64,000 nt of DNA from the human T2T-CHM13v2.0 reference genome, Homo sapiens. Positions 1-11,800 of this stretch are shown here, in pieces; positions within the stretch are counted from its first letter, which is position 1; each line of letters opens with the position of its first letter. The position numbers were made by a program, and so were the translations under genes. Location of the stretch: NCBI RefSeq assembly GCF_009914755.1, contig NC_060930.1; one strand, given 5' to 3'. A model generated the notes under the pieces. That model worked only from the letters and a program-made list of their open reading frames with translations. It was not told where the DNA came from and did not search any database.

Positions 1-113
1 AACTTTGTGATGTGTGCGTTGAACTCACCGTCTTTAACCTTTCTTTTGGTAGAGAAGTTTTGAAACACTCTCTTTGTAAAGTCTACAAGTGGATATTTTG
101 AGCCCTTGGAGGC

Positions 114-130
114 ATTCTTTGGAAAAGGGA
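114..130 (+). other. Degenerate CENP-B box (predicted non-binding)
   Basis: ATTCTTTGGAAAAGGGA at the box position of a B-type monomer; both CpGs absent. Confidence 0.8.
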
Positions 131-455
131 ATGTCTTCACATAAAAGGCAGACGGAAGTGTTCTCAGAAACTGCTTTGTGATGTCTGTGTTCAACTCACA
201 GAGTTTAACATTTCCTTTGATAGAGCGGTTTAGTAACCCTCTCTTTGTAGAATTTGGAAGTGTATACTAAGAGCGCTTTGAGGCCTATGGTAGAAAAGGA
301 AATATCTTTCCATAAAAGCTAGACAGAAGCAATCTCAGAAACTCCTTTGCGATGTCTGCATTCAACTCACCGAGTGGAACATTCCTCTTGAGAGAGCAGT
401 TTGGAAACACTCTTTCTGTAGAATCAGCTTGTTTGTATTTGGACCTCCTTGAGGC

Positions 456-472
456 CTTCGTTGGAAACGGGT
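456..472 (+). promoter_or_regulatory. CENP-B box (intact core; representative copy in U1)
   Basis: CTTCGTTGGAAACGGGT matches the core NTTCGNNNNANNCGGGN. Confidence 0.9.
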
Positions 473-795
473 TTTCATCTTATAAACCCAGACAGAAGAA
501 TTCTCAGAGTCTTCTTTGTGATGTGTGCTTTCAACTCACCGAGATAAAGATTTCTCTTGATAGAGCAATTTGGAAACACTCTTTTTGTAGAATTTGCAAG
601 GGTACATTGAGAGCGCTTTCAGGCCTATGGTAGAAAAGGGAATATCTTTCCATAAAAGGTAGACAGAAGCAATCTCAGAAACTACTTTGTGATGTGTGCA
701 TTCAACTCACCGAGTGCAACGTTCCTCTTGACCGAGCAGTTTGGAAACATTGTTTCTGTAGAATCTGCAAGTGGATATTTGGACCTCTTTGAGGC

Positions 796-812
796 CTTCG
801 TTGGAAACGGGA
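796..812 (+). promoter_or_regulatory. CENP-B box (canonical; representative copy in U1)
   Basis: CTTCGTTGGAAACGGGA exact match. Confidence 0.95.
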
Positions 813-1135
813 TTTCTTCCTATAAACCCAGACAGAAGAATTCTCAGAGACTTCTTTGTGATGTGTGAATTCAACTCACAGTGTGGATCCTTCCTTTTGA
901 TAGAGCAGTTTTGAAACCCTGTTTTTGTAGTATTTCCAAGCGGATATTTGGAACGCCTTGAAGCGTATGGTAGAAAAGGAAATATCTTCCCATAAAACCT
1001 AGACAGAACCAATCTCAGAAACGACTTTGTGATGTCTGCATTCAAGTCACAGAGTTGAACATTTCTCTTGATAGAGCAGTTTTGAAACCCTCTTTCTGAA
1101 GGATCTGCAAGTGGATATTTGGAACTCCTTTGGGT

Positions 1136-1152
1136 CTTCGTTGGAAACGGGA
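1136..1152 (+). promoter_or_regulatory. CENP-B box (canonical; immediately upstream of the 15-mer breakpoint position)
   Basis: CTTCGTTGGAAACGGGA exact match. Confidence 0.95.
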
Positions 1153-1472
1153 TTTCTTCGTATAAATCTAGACAGAAGAATTCTCCGAAACTTCTTTGGT
1201 TGTGTGCATTCAAGTCACAGAGTGGAACCTTCCTTTGGATAGAGCAGTTTGAAACGCCGTGGTTGTAGTATTTCCAAGCGGATATTAGAGCGCCTTGAGG
1301 CCTATGGTAGAAAAGGAAATATCTTCCCATAAAACCTAGACGGAAGCAATCTCAGAAACTACTGTGTGATGGCTGCATTCCACACACACGGTGGAACATT
1401 TCTCTTGATAGAGCAGTTTTGAAACACTCTTTCTGTAGAATCTGCAAGTGGATAATTGGACCGCCTTGAGGC

Positions 1473-1489
1473 CTTCGTTGGAAACGGGA
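1473..1489 (+). promoter_or_regulatory. CENP-B box (canonical; absent from 15-mers)
   Basis: CTTCGTTGGAAACGGGA exact match. Confidence 0.95.
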
Positions 1490-1641
1490 TTTCTTCATGT
1501 TACTCTAGATAGAAGAATTCTCAAACACTGCTATGTGATGTTTGCATTCAAGTCACAGAGTGCAACATTCCTCTTGGTAGAGCAGTTGGGAAACACTCCT
1601 TTTGTAGAATCTGCAATGGGATATTTGGACTTCTTTGAGGC

Positions 1642-1658
1642 CTTCGTTGGAAACGGGA
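1642..1658 (+). promoter_or_regulatory. CENP-B box (canonical; 169 bp after the previous box; absent from 15-mers)
   Basis: CTTCGTTGGAAACGGGA exact match. Confidence 0.95.
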
Positions 1659-1981
1659 TTTCTTCGTATGAATCTAGACAGAAGAATTCTCAGAAACTTC
1701 CTTGTGATGTGTGCATTCAACTCAGCGAGTGGCACCTTCCTTTGGATACAGCAGTTTTGAAACACTGTTTTTGTAGTATTTCCAAGCGGATATTTAGAGC
1801 GCCTTGAAGCCTATGCTAGAAATGGAAATATCTCCCCATAAAACCAAGACAGAAGCAATCTCAGAAACTAATGTGTGATGGCTGCATTCCACACACACGG
1901 TGGACCATTTCTCTTGATAGAGCAGTTTTGAAACACTCTTTCTGTAGAATCTGCAAGTGGATAATTGGACCTCCGAGAGGC

Positions 1982-1998
1982 CTTCGTTGGAAACGGGA
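1982..1998 (+). promoter_or_regulatory. CENP-B box (canonical; representative copy in U1)
   Basis: CTTCGTTGGAAACGGGA exact match. Confidence 0.95.
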
Positions 1999-2320
1999 TT
2001 TCTTCATCTAAACCTACAGAGAAGAATTCTCAGTAACTTCTTCGGATGTGTGCATTCGACGCACAGAATGGAACATTCCCTTTGATAGAGCAGTTTTGAG
2101 ACACCGTTTTTGTAGAATTCCCAAGTGGATATTTAGAGCACTTTGAAGTCTCTGCTAGAAAAGGAAACATCATCATGTAAAAAGTAGATAGAATCGTTCT
2201 CAGAAAGTGCTTAGTGTCGTGTGCGTTCAACTCACAGAGTTTAACGTTTCTTTTGATAGAGCGTTTCTGAAACACCCTTCTTGTAGTAGCTGCAAGTGGA
2301 TATTTGGACCTATTGGAGGC

Positions 2321-2337
2321 CTTCTTTGGAAATGGGA
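2321..2337 (+). other. Degenerate CENP-B box (predicted non-binding)
   Basis: CTTCTTTGGAAATGGGA: both core CpGs lost in most units. Confidence 0.85.
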
Positions 2338-2830
2338 TTTCTTCATGTAACTCTAGATTGAAGAATTCTCAGAAACTCCTTTGTGATGTGTGCATTCAAT
2401 TCAAAGAGTGAAACCTCCCTTTTCACAGAGCAGTTTTGAAACACTGTTTTTGTAGGATTTCCAAGGGGATATTTATAGCGCATTGAGCCTACGGCGGAAA
2501 AAGAAACATCTTCCTATAAAAACTAGAGAGAATACTTCTCAGAATCTGCTTTGCGATGTGTGCGTTCAACTCACAGAGTAAAACTTTTCTTTTGATAGAG
2601 CAGTTTTGAAACACTCTTTTTGTAGTATTTGCATGTGTATATTTAGAGCGCATTGAAGCCCACAGTAGAAAAGGAAATAACTTCACCTAAAACCTAGACA
2701 GAAGCAATCTCAGAAACTACTTTGTGATGTGTACATTCAACTCACAGAGTGGAACTTTCCTCTTTATAGAGCAGTGTTGAAACACTCTTTTTGTAGAAAC
2801 TGCAAGTGGATATTTGGACCTCTTTGAGGC

Positions 2831-2847
2831 CTTCGTTGGAAACGGGA
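2831..2847 (+). promoter_or_regulatory. CENP-B box (canonical; representative copy in U1)
   Basis: CTTCGTTGGAAACGGGA exact match. Confidence 0.95.
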
Positions 2848-5800
2848 TTTCTTCCTATAACCCTAGACAGAAGAATTTTCAGAAACCTCATTGTGATGTG
2901 TGCGTTCATCTCACAGAGTGGAGTCTTCCGTTTGATAGAGAAGTTTTGAAACCCTGTTCTTGTAGGATTTCCAAGTGGATATTTAGACCACTTTGAAGCC
3001 TATGATAGAAAAGGAAACATCTTCATGGAAAACATAGATAGAATCATCCTCAGAAACAACTTTGTGATGTGTGCGTTGAACTCACCGTCTTTAACCTTTC
3101 TTTTGGTAGAGAAGTTTTGAAACACTCTCTTTGTAAAGTCTACAAGTGGATATTTTGAGCCCTTGGAGGCATTCTTTGGAAAAGGGAATGTCTTCACATA
3201 AAAGGCAGACGGAAGTGTTCTCAGAAACTGCTTTGTGATGTCTGTGTTCAACTCACAGAGTTTAACATTTCCTTTGATAGAGCGGTTTAGTAACCCTCTC
3301 TTTGTAGAATTTGGAAGTGTATACTAAGAGCGCTTTGAGGCCTATGGTAGAAAAGGAAATATCTTTCCATAAAAGCTAGACAGAAGCAATCTCAGAAACT
3401 CCTTTGCGATGTCTGCATTCAACTCACCGAGTGGAACATTCCTCTTGAGAGAGCAGTTTGGAAACACTCTTTCTGTAGAATCAGCTTGTTTGTATTTGGA
3501 CCTCCTTGAGGCCTTCGTTGGAAACGGGTTTTCATCTTATAAACCCAGACAGAAGAATTCTCAGAGTCTTCTTTGTGATGTGTGCTTTCAACTCACCGAG
3601 ATAAAGATTTCTCTTGATAGAGCAATTTGGAAACACTCTTTTTGTAGAATTTGCAAGGGTACATTGAGAGCGCTTTCAGGCCTATGGTAGAAAAGGGAAT
3701 ATCTTTCCATAAAAGGTAGACAGAAGCAATCTCAGAAACTACTTTGTGATGTGTGCATTCAACTCACCGAGTGCAACGTTCCTCTTGACCGAGCAGTTTG
3801 GAAACATTGTTTCTGTAGAATCTGCAAGTGGATATTTGGACCTCTTTGAGGCCTTCGTTGGAAACGGGATTTCTTCCTATAAACCCAGACAGAAGAATTC
3901 TCAGAGACTTCTTTGTGATGTGTGAATTCAACTCACAGTGTGGATCCTTCCTTTTGATAGAGCAGTTTTGAAACCCTGTTTTTGTAGTATTTCCAAGCGG
4001 ATATTCGGAACGCCTTGAAGCGTATGGTAGAAAAGGAAATATCTTCCCATAAAACCTAGACAGAACCAATCTCAGAAACGACTTTGTGATGTCTGCATTC
4101 AAGTCACAGAGTTGAACATTTCTCTTGATAGAGCAGTTTTGAAACCCTCTTTCTGAAGGATCTGCAAGTGGATATTTGGAACTCCTTTGGGTCTTCGTTG
4201 GAAACGGGATTTCTTCGTATAAATCTAGACAGAAGAATTCTCCGAAACTTCTTTGGTTGTGTGCATTCAAGTCACAGAGTGGAACCTTCCTTTGGATAGA
4301 GCAGTTTGAAACGCCGTGGTTGTAGTATTTCCAAGCGGATATTAGAGCGCCTTGAGGCCTATGGTAGAAAAGGAAATATCTTCCCATAAAACCTAGACGG
4401 AAGCAATCTCAGAAACTACTGTGTGATGGCTGCATTCCACACACACGGTGGAACATTTCTCTTGATAGAGCAGTTTTGAAACACTCTTTCTGTAGAATCT
4501 GCAAGTGGATAATTGGACCGCCTTGAGGCCTTCGTTGGAAACGGGATTTCTTCATGTTACTCTAGATAGAAGAATTCTCAAACACTGCTATGTGATGTTT
4601 GCATTCAAGTCACAGAGTGCAACATTCCTCTTGGTAGAGCAGTTGGGAAACACTCCTTTTGTAGAATCTGCAATGGGATATTTGGACTTCTTTGAGGCCT
4701 TCGTTGGAAACGGGATTTCTTCGTATGAATCTAGACAGAAGAATTCTCAGAAACTTCCTTGTGATGTGTGCATTCAACTCAGCGAGTGGCACCTTCCTTT
4801 GGATACAGCAGTTTTGAAACACTGTTTTTGTAGTATTTCCAAGCGGATATTTAGAGCGCCTTGAAGCCTATGCTAGAAATGGAAATATCTCCCCATAAAA
4901 CCAAGACAGAAGCAATCTCAGAAACTAATGTGTGATGGCTGCATTCCACACACACGGTGGACCATTTCTCTTGATAGAGCAGTTTTGAAACACTCTTTCT
5001 GTAGAATCTGCAAGTGGATAATTGGACCTCCTAGAGGCCTTCGTTGGAAACGGGATTTCTTCATCTAAACCTACAGAGAAGAATTCTCAGTAACTTCTTC
5101 GGATGTGTGCATTCGACGCACAGAATGGAACATTCCCTTTGATAGAGCAGTTTTGAGACACCGTTTTTGTAGAATTCCCAAGTGGATATTTAGAGCACTT
5201 TGAAGTCTCTGCTAGAAAAGGAAACATCTTCATGTAAAAAGTAGATAGAATCGTTCTCAGAAAGTGCTTAGTGACGTGTGCGTTCAACTCACAGAGTTTA
5301 ACGTTTCTTTTGATAGAGCGTTTCTGAAACACCCTTCTTGTAGTAGCTGCAAGTGGATATTTGGACCTATTGGAGGCCTTCTTTGGAAATGGGATTTCTT
5401 CATGTAACTCTAGATTGAAGAGTTCTCAGAAACTCCTTTGTGATGTGTGCATTCAATTCAAAGAGTGAAACCTCCCTTTTCACAGAGCAGTTTTGAAACA
5501 CTGTTTTTGTAGGATTTCCAAGGGGATATTTATAGCGCATTGAGCCTACGGCGGAAAAAGAAACATCTTCCTATAAAAACTAGACAGAATACTTCTCAGA
5601 ATCTGCTTTGCGATGTGTGCGTTCAACTCACAGAGTAAAACTTTTCTTTTGATAGAGCAGTTTTGAAACACTCTTTTTGTAGTATTTGCATGTGTATATT
5701 TAGAGCGCATTGAAGCCCACAGTAGAAAAGGAAATAACTTCACCTAAAACCTAGACAGAAGCAATCTCAGAAACTACTTTGTGATGTGTACATTCAACTC

Positions 5801-8800
5801 ACAGAGTGGAACTTTCCTCTTTATAGAGCAGTGTTGAAACACTCTTTTTGTAGAAACTGCAAGTGGATATTTGGACCTCTTTGAGGCCTTCGTTGGAAAC
5901 GGGATTTCTTCCTATAACCCTAGACAGAAGAATTTTCAGAAACCTCATTGTGATGTGTGCGTTCATCTCACAGAGTGGAGTCTTCCGTTTGATAGAGAAG
6001 TTTTGAAACCCTGTTCTTGTAGGATTTCCAAGTGGATATTTAGACCACTTTGAAGCCTATGATAGAAAAGGAAACATCTTCATGGAAAACATAGATAGAA
6101 TCATCCTCAGAAACAACTTTGTGATGTGTGCGTTGAACTCACCGTCTTTAACCTTTCTTTTGGTAGAGAAGTTTTGAAACACTCTCTTTGTAAAGTCTAC
6201 AAGTGGATATTTTGAGCCCTTGGAGGCATTCTTTGGAAAAGGGAATGTCTTCACATAAAAGGCAGACGGAAGTGTTCTCAGAAACTGCTTTGTGATGTCT
6301 GTGTTCAACTCACAGAGTTTAACATTTCCTTTGATAGAGCGGTTTAGTAACCCTCTCTTTGTAGAATTTGGAAGTGTATACTAAGAGCGCTTTGAGGCCT
6401 ATGGTAGAAAAGGAAATATCTTTCCATAAAAGCTAGACAGAAGCAATCTCAGAAACTCCTTTGCGATGTCTGCATTCAACTCACCGAGTGGAACATTCCT
6501 CTTGAGAGAGCAGTTTGGAAACACTCTTTCTGTAGAATCAGCTTGTTTGTATTTGGACCTCCTTGAGGCCTTCGTTGGAAACGGGTTTTCATCTTATAAA
6601 CCCAGACAGAAGAATTCTCAGAGTCTTCTTTGTGATGTGTGCTTTCAACTCACCGAGATAAAGATTTCTCTTGATAGAGCAATTTGGAAACACTCTTTTT
6701 GTAGAATTTGCAAGGGTACATTGAGAGCGCTTTCAGGCCTATGGTAGAAAAGGGAATATCTTTCCATAAAAGGTAGACAGAAGCAATCTCAGAAACTACT
6801 TTGTGATGTGTGCATTCAACTCACCGAGTGCAACGTTCCTCTTGACCGAGCAGTTTGGAAACATTGTTTCTGTAGAATCTGCAAGTGGATATTTGGACCT
6901 CTTTGAGGCCTTCGTTGGAAACGGGATTTCTTCCTATAAACCCAGACAGAAGAATTCTCAGAGACTTCTTTGTGATGTGTGAATTCAACTCACAGTGTGG
7001 ATCCTTCCTTTTGATAGAGCAGTTTTGAAACCCTGTTTTTGTAGTATTTCCAAGCGGATATTTGGAACGCCTTGAAGCGTATGGTAGAAAAGGAAATATC
7101 TTCCCATAAAACCTAGACAGAACCAATCTCAGAAACGACTTTGTGATGTCTGCATTCAAGTCACAGAGTTGAACATTTCTCTTGATAGAGCAGTTTTGAA
7201 ACCCTCTTTCTGAAGGATCTGCAAGTGGATATTTGGAACTCCTTTGGGTCTTCGTTGGAAACGGGATTTCTTCGTATAAATCTAGACAGAAGAATTCTCC
7301 GAAACTTCTTTGGTTGTGTGCATTCAAGTCACAGAGTGGAACCTTCCTTTGGATAGAGCAGTTTGAAACGCCGTGGTTGTAGTATTTCCAAGCGGATATT
7401 AGAGCGCCTTGAGGCCTATGGTAGAAAAGGAAATATCTTCCCATAAAACCTAGACGGAAGCAATCTCAGAAACTACTGTGTGATGGCTGCATTCCACACA
7501 CACGGTGGAACATTTCTCTTGATAGAGCAGTTTTGAAACACTCTTTCTGTAGAATCTGCAAGTGGATAATTGGACCGCCTTGAGGCCTTCGTTGGAAACG
7601 GGATTTCTTCATGTTACTCTAGATAGAAGAATTCTCAAACACTGCTATGTGATGTTTGCATTCAAGTCACAGAGTGCAACATTCCTCTTGGTAGAGCAGT
7701 TGGGAAACACTCCTTTTGTAGAATCTGCAATGGGATATTTGGACTTCTTTGAGGCCTTCGTTGGAAACGGGATTTCTTCGTATGAATCTAGACAGAAGAA
7801 TTCTCAGAAACTTCCTTGTGATGTGTGCATTCAACTCAGCGAGTGGCACCTTCCTTTGGATACAGCAGTTTTGAAACACTGTTTTTGTAGTATTTCCAAG
7901 CGGATATTTAGAGCGCCTTGAAGCCTATGCTAGAAATGGAAATATCTCCCCATAAAACCAAGACGGAAGCAATCTCAGAAACTAATGTGTGATGGCTGCA
8001 TTCCACACACACGGTGGACCATTTCTCTTGATAGAGCAGTTTTGAAACACTCTTTCTGTAGAATCTGCAAGTGGATAATTGGACCTCCGAGAGGCCTTCG
8101 TTGGAAACGGGATTTCTTCATCTAAACCTACAGAGAAGAATTCTCAGTAACTTCTTCGGATGTGTGCATTCGACGCACAGAATGGAACATTCCCTTTGAT
8201 AGAGCAGTTTTGAGACACCGTTTTTGTAGAATTCCCAAGTGGATATTTAGAGCACTTTGAAGTCTCTGCTAGAAAAGGAAACATCTTCATGTAAAAAGTA
8301 GATAGAATCGTTCTCAGAAAGTGCTTAGTGACGTGTGCGTTCAACTCACAGAGTTTAACGTTTCTTTTGATAGAGCGTTTCTGAAACACCCTTCTTGTAG
8401 TAGCTGCAAGTGGATATTTGGACCTATTGGAGGCCTTCTTTGGAAATGGGATTTCTTCATGTAACTCTAGATTGAAGAGTTCTCAGAAACTCCTTTGTGA
8501 TGTGTGCATTCAATTCAAAGAGTGAAACCTCCCTTTTCACAGAGCAGTTTTGAAACACTGTTTTTGTAGGATTTCCAAGGGGATATTTATAGCGCATTGA
8601 GCCTACGGCGGAAAAAGAAACATCTTCCTATAAAAACTAGACAGAATACTTCTCAGAATCTGCTTTGCGATGTGTGCGTTCAACTCACAGAGTAAAACTT
8701 TTCTTTTGATAGAGCAGTTTTGAAACACTCTTTTTGTAGTATTTGCATGTGTATATTTAGAGCGCATTGAAGCCCACAGTAGAAAAGGAAATAACTTCAC

Positions 8801-11800
8801 CTAAAACCTAGACAGAAGCAATCTCAGAAACTACTTTGTGATGTGTACATTCAACTCACAGAGTGGAACTTTCCTCTTTATAGAGCAGTGTTGAAACACT
8901 CTTTTTGTAGAAACTGCAAGTGGATATTTGGACCTCTTTGAGGCCTTCGTTGGAAACGGGATTTCTTCCTATAACCCTAGACAGAAGAATTTTCAGAAAC
9001 CTCATTGTGATGTGTGCGTTCATCTCACAGAGTGGAGTCTTCCGTTTGATAGAGAAGTTTTGAAACCCTGTTCTTGTAGGATTTCCAAGTGGATATTTAG
9101 ACCACTTTGAAGCCTATGATAGAAAAGGAAACATCTTCATGGAAAACATAGATAGAATCATCCTCAGAAACAACTTTGTGATGTGTGCGTTGAACTCACC
9201 GTCTTTAACCTTTCTTTTGGTAGAGAAGTTTTGAAACACTCTCTTTGTAAAGTCTACAAGTGGATATTTTGAGCCCTTGGAGGCATTCTTTGGAAAAGGG
9301 AATGTCTTCACATAAAAGGCAGACGGAAGTGTTCTCAGAAACTGCTTTGTGATGTCTGTGTTCAACTCACAGAGTTTAACATTTCCTTTGATAGAGCGGT
9401 TTAGTAACCCTCTCTTTGTAGAATTTGGAAGTGTATACTAAGAGCGCTTTGAGGCCTATGGTAGAAAAGGAAATATCTTTCCATAAAAGCTAGACAGAAG
9501 CAATCTCAGAAACTCCTTTGCGATGTCTGCATTCAACTCACCGAGTGGAACATTCCTCTTGAGAGAGCAGTTTGGAAACACTCTTTCTGTAGAATCAGCT
9601 TGTTTGTATTTGGACCTCCTTGAGGCCTTCGTTGGAAACGGGTTTTCATCTTATAAACCCAGACAGAAGAATTCTCAGAGTCTTCTTTGTGATGTGTGCT
9701 TTCAACTCACCGAGATAAAGATTTCTCTTGATAGAGCAATTTGGAAACACTCTTTTTGTAGAATTTGCAAGGGTACATTGAGAGCGCTTTCAGGCCTATG
9801 GTAGAAAAGGGAATATCTTTCCATAAAAGGTAGACAGAAGCAATCTCAGAAACTACTTTGTGATGTGTGCATTCAACTCACCGAGTGCAACGTTCCTCTT
9901 GACCGAGCAGTTTGGAAACATTGTTTCTGTAGAATCTGCAAGTGGATATTTGGACCTCTTTGAGGCCTTCGTTGGAAACGGGATTTCTTCCTATAAACCC
10001 AGACAGAAGAATTCTCAGAGACTTCTTTGTGATGTGTGAATTCAACTCACAGTGTGGATCCTTCCTTTTGATAGAGCAGTTTTGAAACCCTGTTTTTGTA
10101 GTATTTCCAAGCGGATATTTGGAACGCCTTGAAGCGTATGGTAGAAAAGGAAATATCTTCCCATAAAACCTAGACAGAACCAATCTCAGAAACGACTTTG
10201 TGATGTCTGCATTCAAGTCACAGAGTTGAACATTTCTCTTGATAGAGCAGTTTTGAAACCCTCTTTCTGAAGGATCTGCAAGTGGATATTTGGAACTCCT
10301 TTGGGTCTTCGTTGGAAACGGGATTTCTTCGTATAAATCTAGACAGAAGAATTCTCCGAAACTTCTTTGGTTGTGTGCATTCAAGTCACAGAGTGGAACC
10401 TTCCTTTGGATAGAGCAGTTTGAAACGCCGTGGTTGTAGTATTTCCAAGCGGATATTAGAGCGCCTTGAGGCCTATGGTAGAAAAGGAAATATCTTCCCA
10501 TAAAACCTAGACGGAAGCAATCTCAGAAACTACTGTGTGATGGCTGCATTCCACACACACGGTGGAACATTTCTCTTGATAGAGCAGTTTTGAAACACTC
10601 TTTCTGTAGAATCTGCAAGTGGATAATTGGACCGCCTTGAGGCCTTCGTTGGAAACGGGATTTCTTCATGTTACTCTAGATAGAAGAATTCTCAAACACT
10701 GCTATGTGATGTTTGCATTCAAGTCACAGAGTGCAACATTCCTCTTGGTAGAGCAGTTGGGAAACACTCCTTTTGTAGAATCTGCAATGGGATATTTGGA
10801 CTTCTTTGAGGCCTTCGTTGGAAACGGGATTTCTTCGTATGAATCTAGACAGAAGAATTCTCAGAAACTTCCTTGTGATGTGTGCATTCAACTCAGCGAG
10901 TGGCACCTTCCTTTGGATACAGCAGTTTTGAAACACTGTTTTTGTAGTATTTCCAAGCGGATATTTAGAGCGCCTTGAAGCCTATGCTAGAAATGGAAAT
11001 ATCTCCCCATAAAACCAAGACGGAAGCAATCTCAGAAACTAATGTGTGATGGCTGCATTCCACACACACGGTGGACCATTTCTCTTGATAGAGCAGTTTT
11101 GAAACACTCTTTCTGTAGAATCTGCAAGTGGATAATTGGACCTCCGAGAGGCCTTCGTTGGAAACGGGATTTCTTCATCTAAACCTACAGAGAAGAATTC
11201 TCAGTAACTTCTTCGGATGTGTGCATTCGACGCACAGAATGGAACATTCCCTTTGATAGAGCAGTTTTGAGACACCGTTTTTGTAGAATTCCCAAGTGGA
11301 TATTTAGAGCACTTTGAAGTCTCTGCTAGAAAAGGAAACATCATCATGTAAAAAGTAGATAGAATCGTTCTCAGAAAGTGCTTAGTGTCGTGTGCGTTCA
11401 ACTCACAGAGTTTAACGTTTCTTTTGATAGAGCGTTTCTGAAACACCCTTCTTGTAGTAGCTGCAAGTGGATATTTGGACCTATTGGAGGCCTTCTTTGG
11501 AAATGGGATTTCTTCATGTAACTCTAGATTGAAGAATTCTCAGAAACTCCTTTGTGATGTGTGCATTCAATTCAAAGAGTGAAACCTCCCTTTTCACAGA
11601 GCAGTTTTGAAACACTGTTTTTGTAGGATTTCCAAGGGGATATTTATAGCGCATTGAGCCTACGGCGGAAAAAGAAACATCTTCCTATAAAAACTAGAGA
11701 GAATACTTCTCAGAATCTGCTTTGCGATGTGTGCGTTCAACTCACAGAGTAAAACTTTTCTTTTGATAGAGCAGTTTTGAAACACTCTTTTTGTAGTATT

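Noticed and set aside
707-1330. 207 aa minus-strand ORF repeated in every 18-mer, plus the other 60-119 aa ORFs
   Set aside because: These are translations of alpha-satellite monomers with internally repeated pseudo-motifs (FQNCSIKR, KYPL). They show no recognisable domain, overlap on both strands and recur only because the HOR recurs.
1380-1390. Short (CA)n run ccacacacacgg
   Set aside because: Only about 4-5 repeat units, invariant in length across HOR copies; a monomer-specific variant, not a microsatellite locus.
456-2847. Regularly spaced 17 bp repeat CTTCGTTGGAAACGGGA resembling a CRISPR direct repeat
   Set aside because: It is the CENP-B box. The intervening sequences are homologous alphoid monomers rather than unique spacers, and there are no cas genes.
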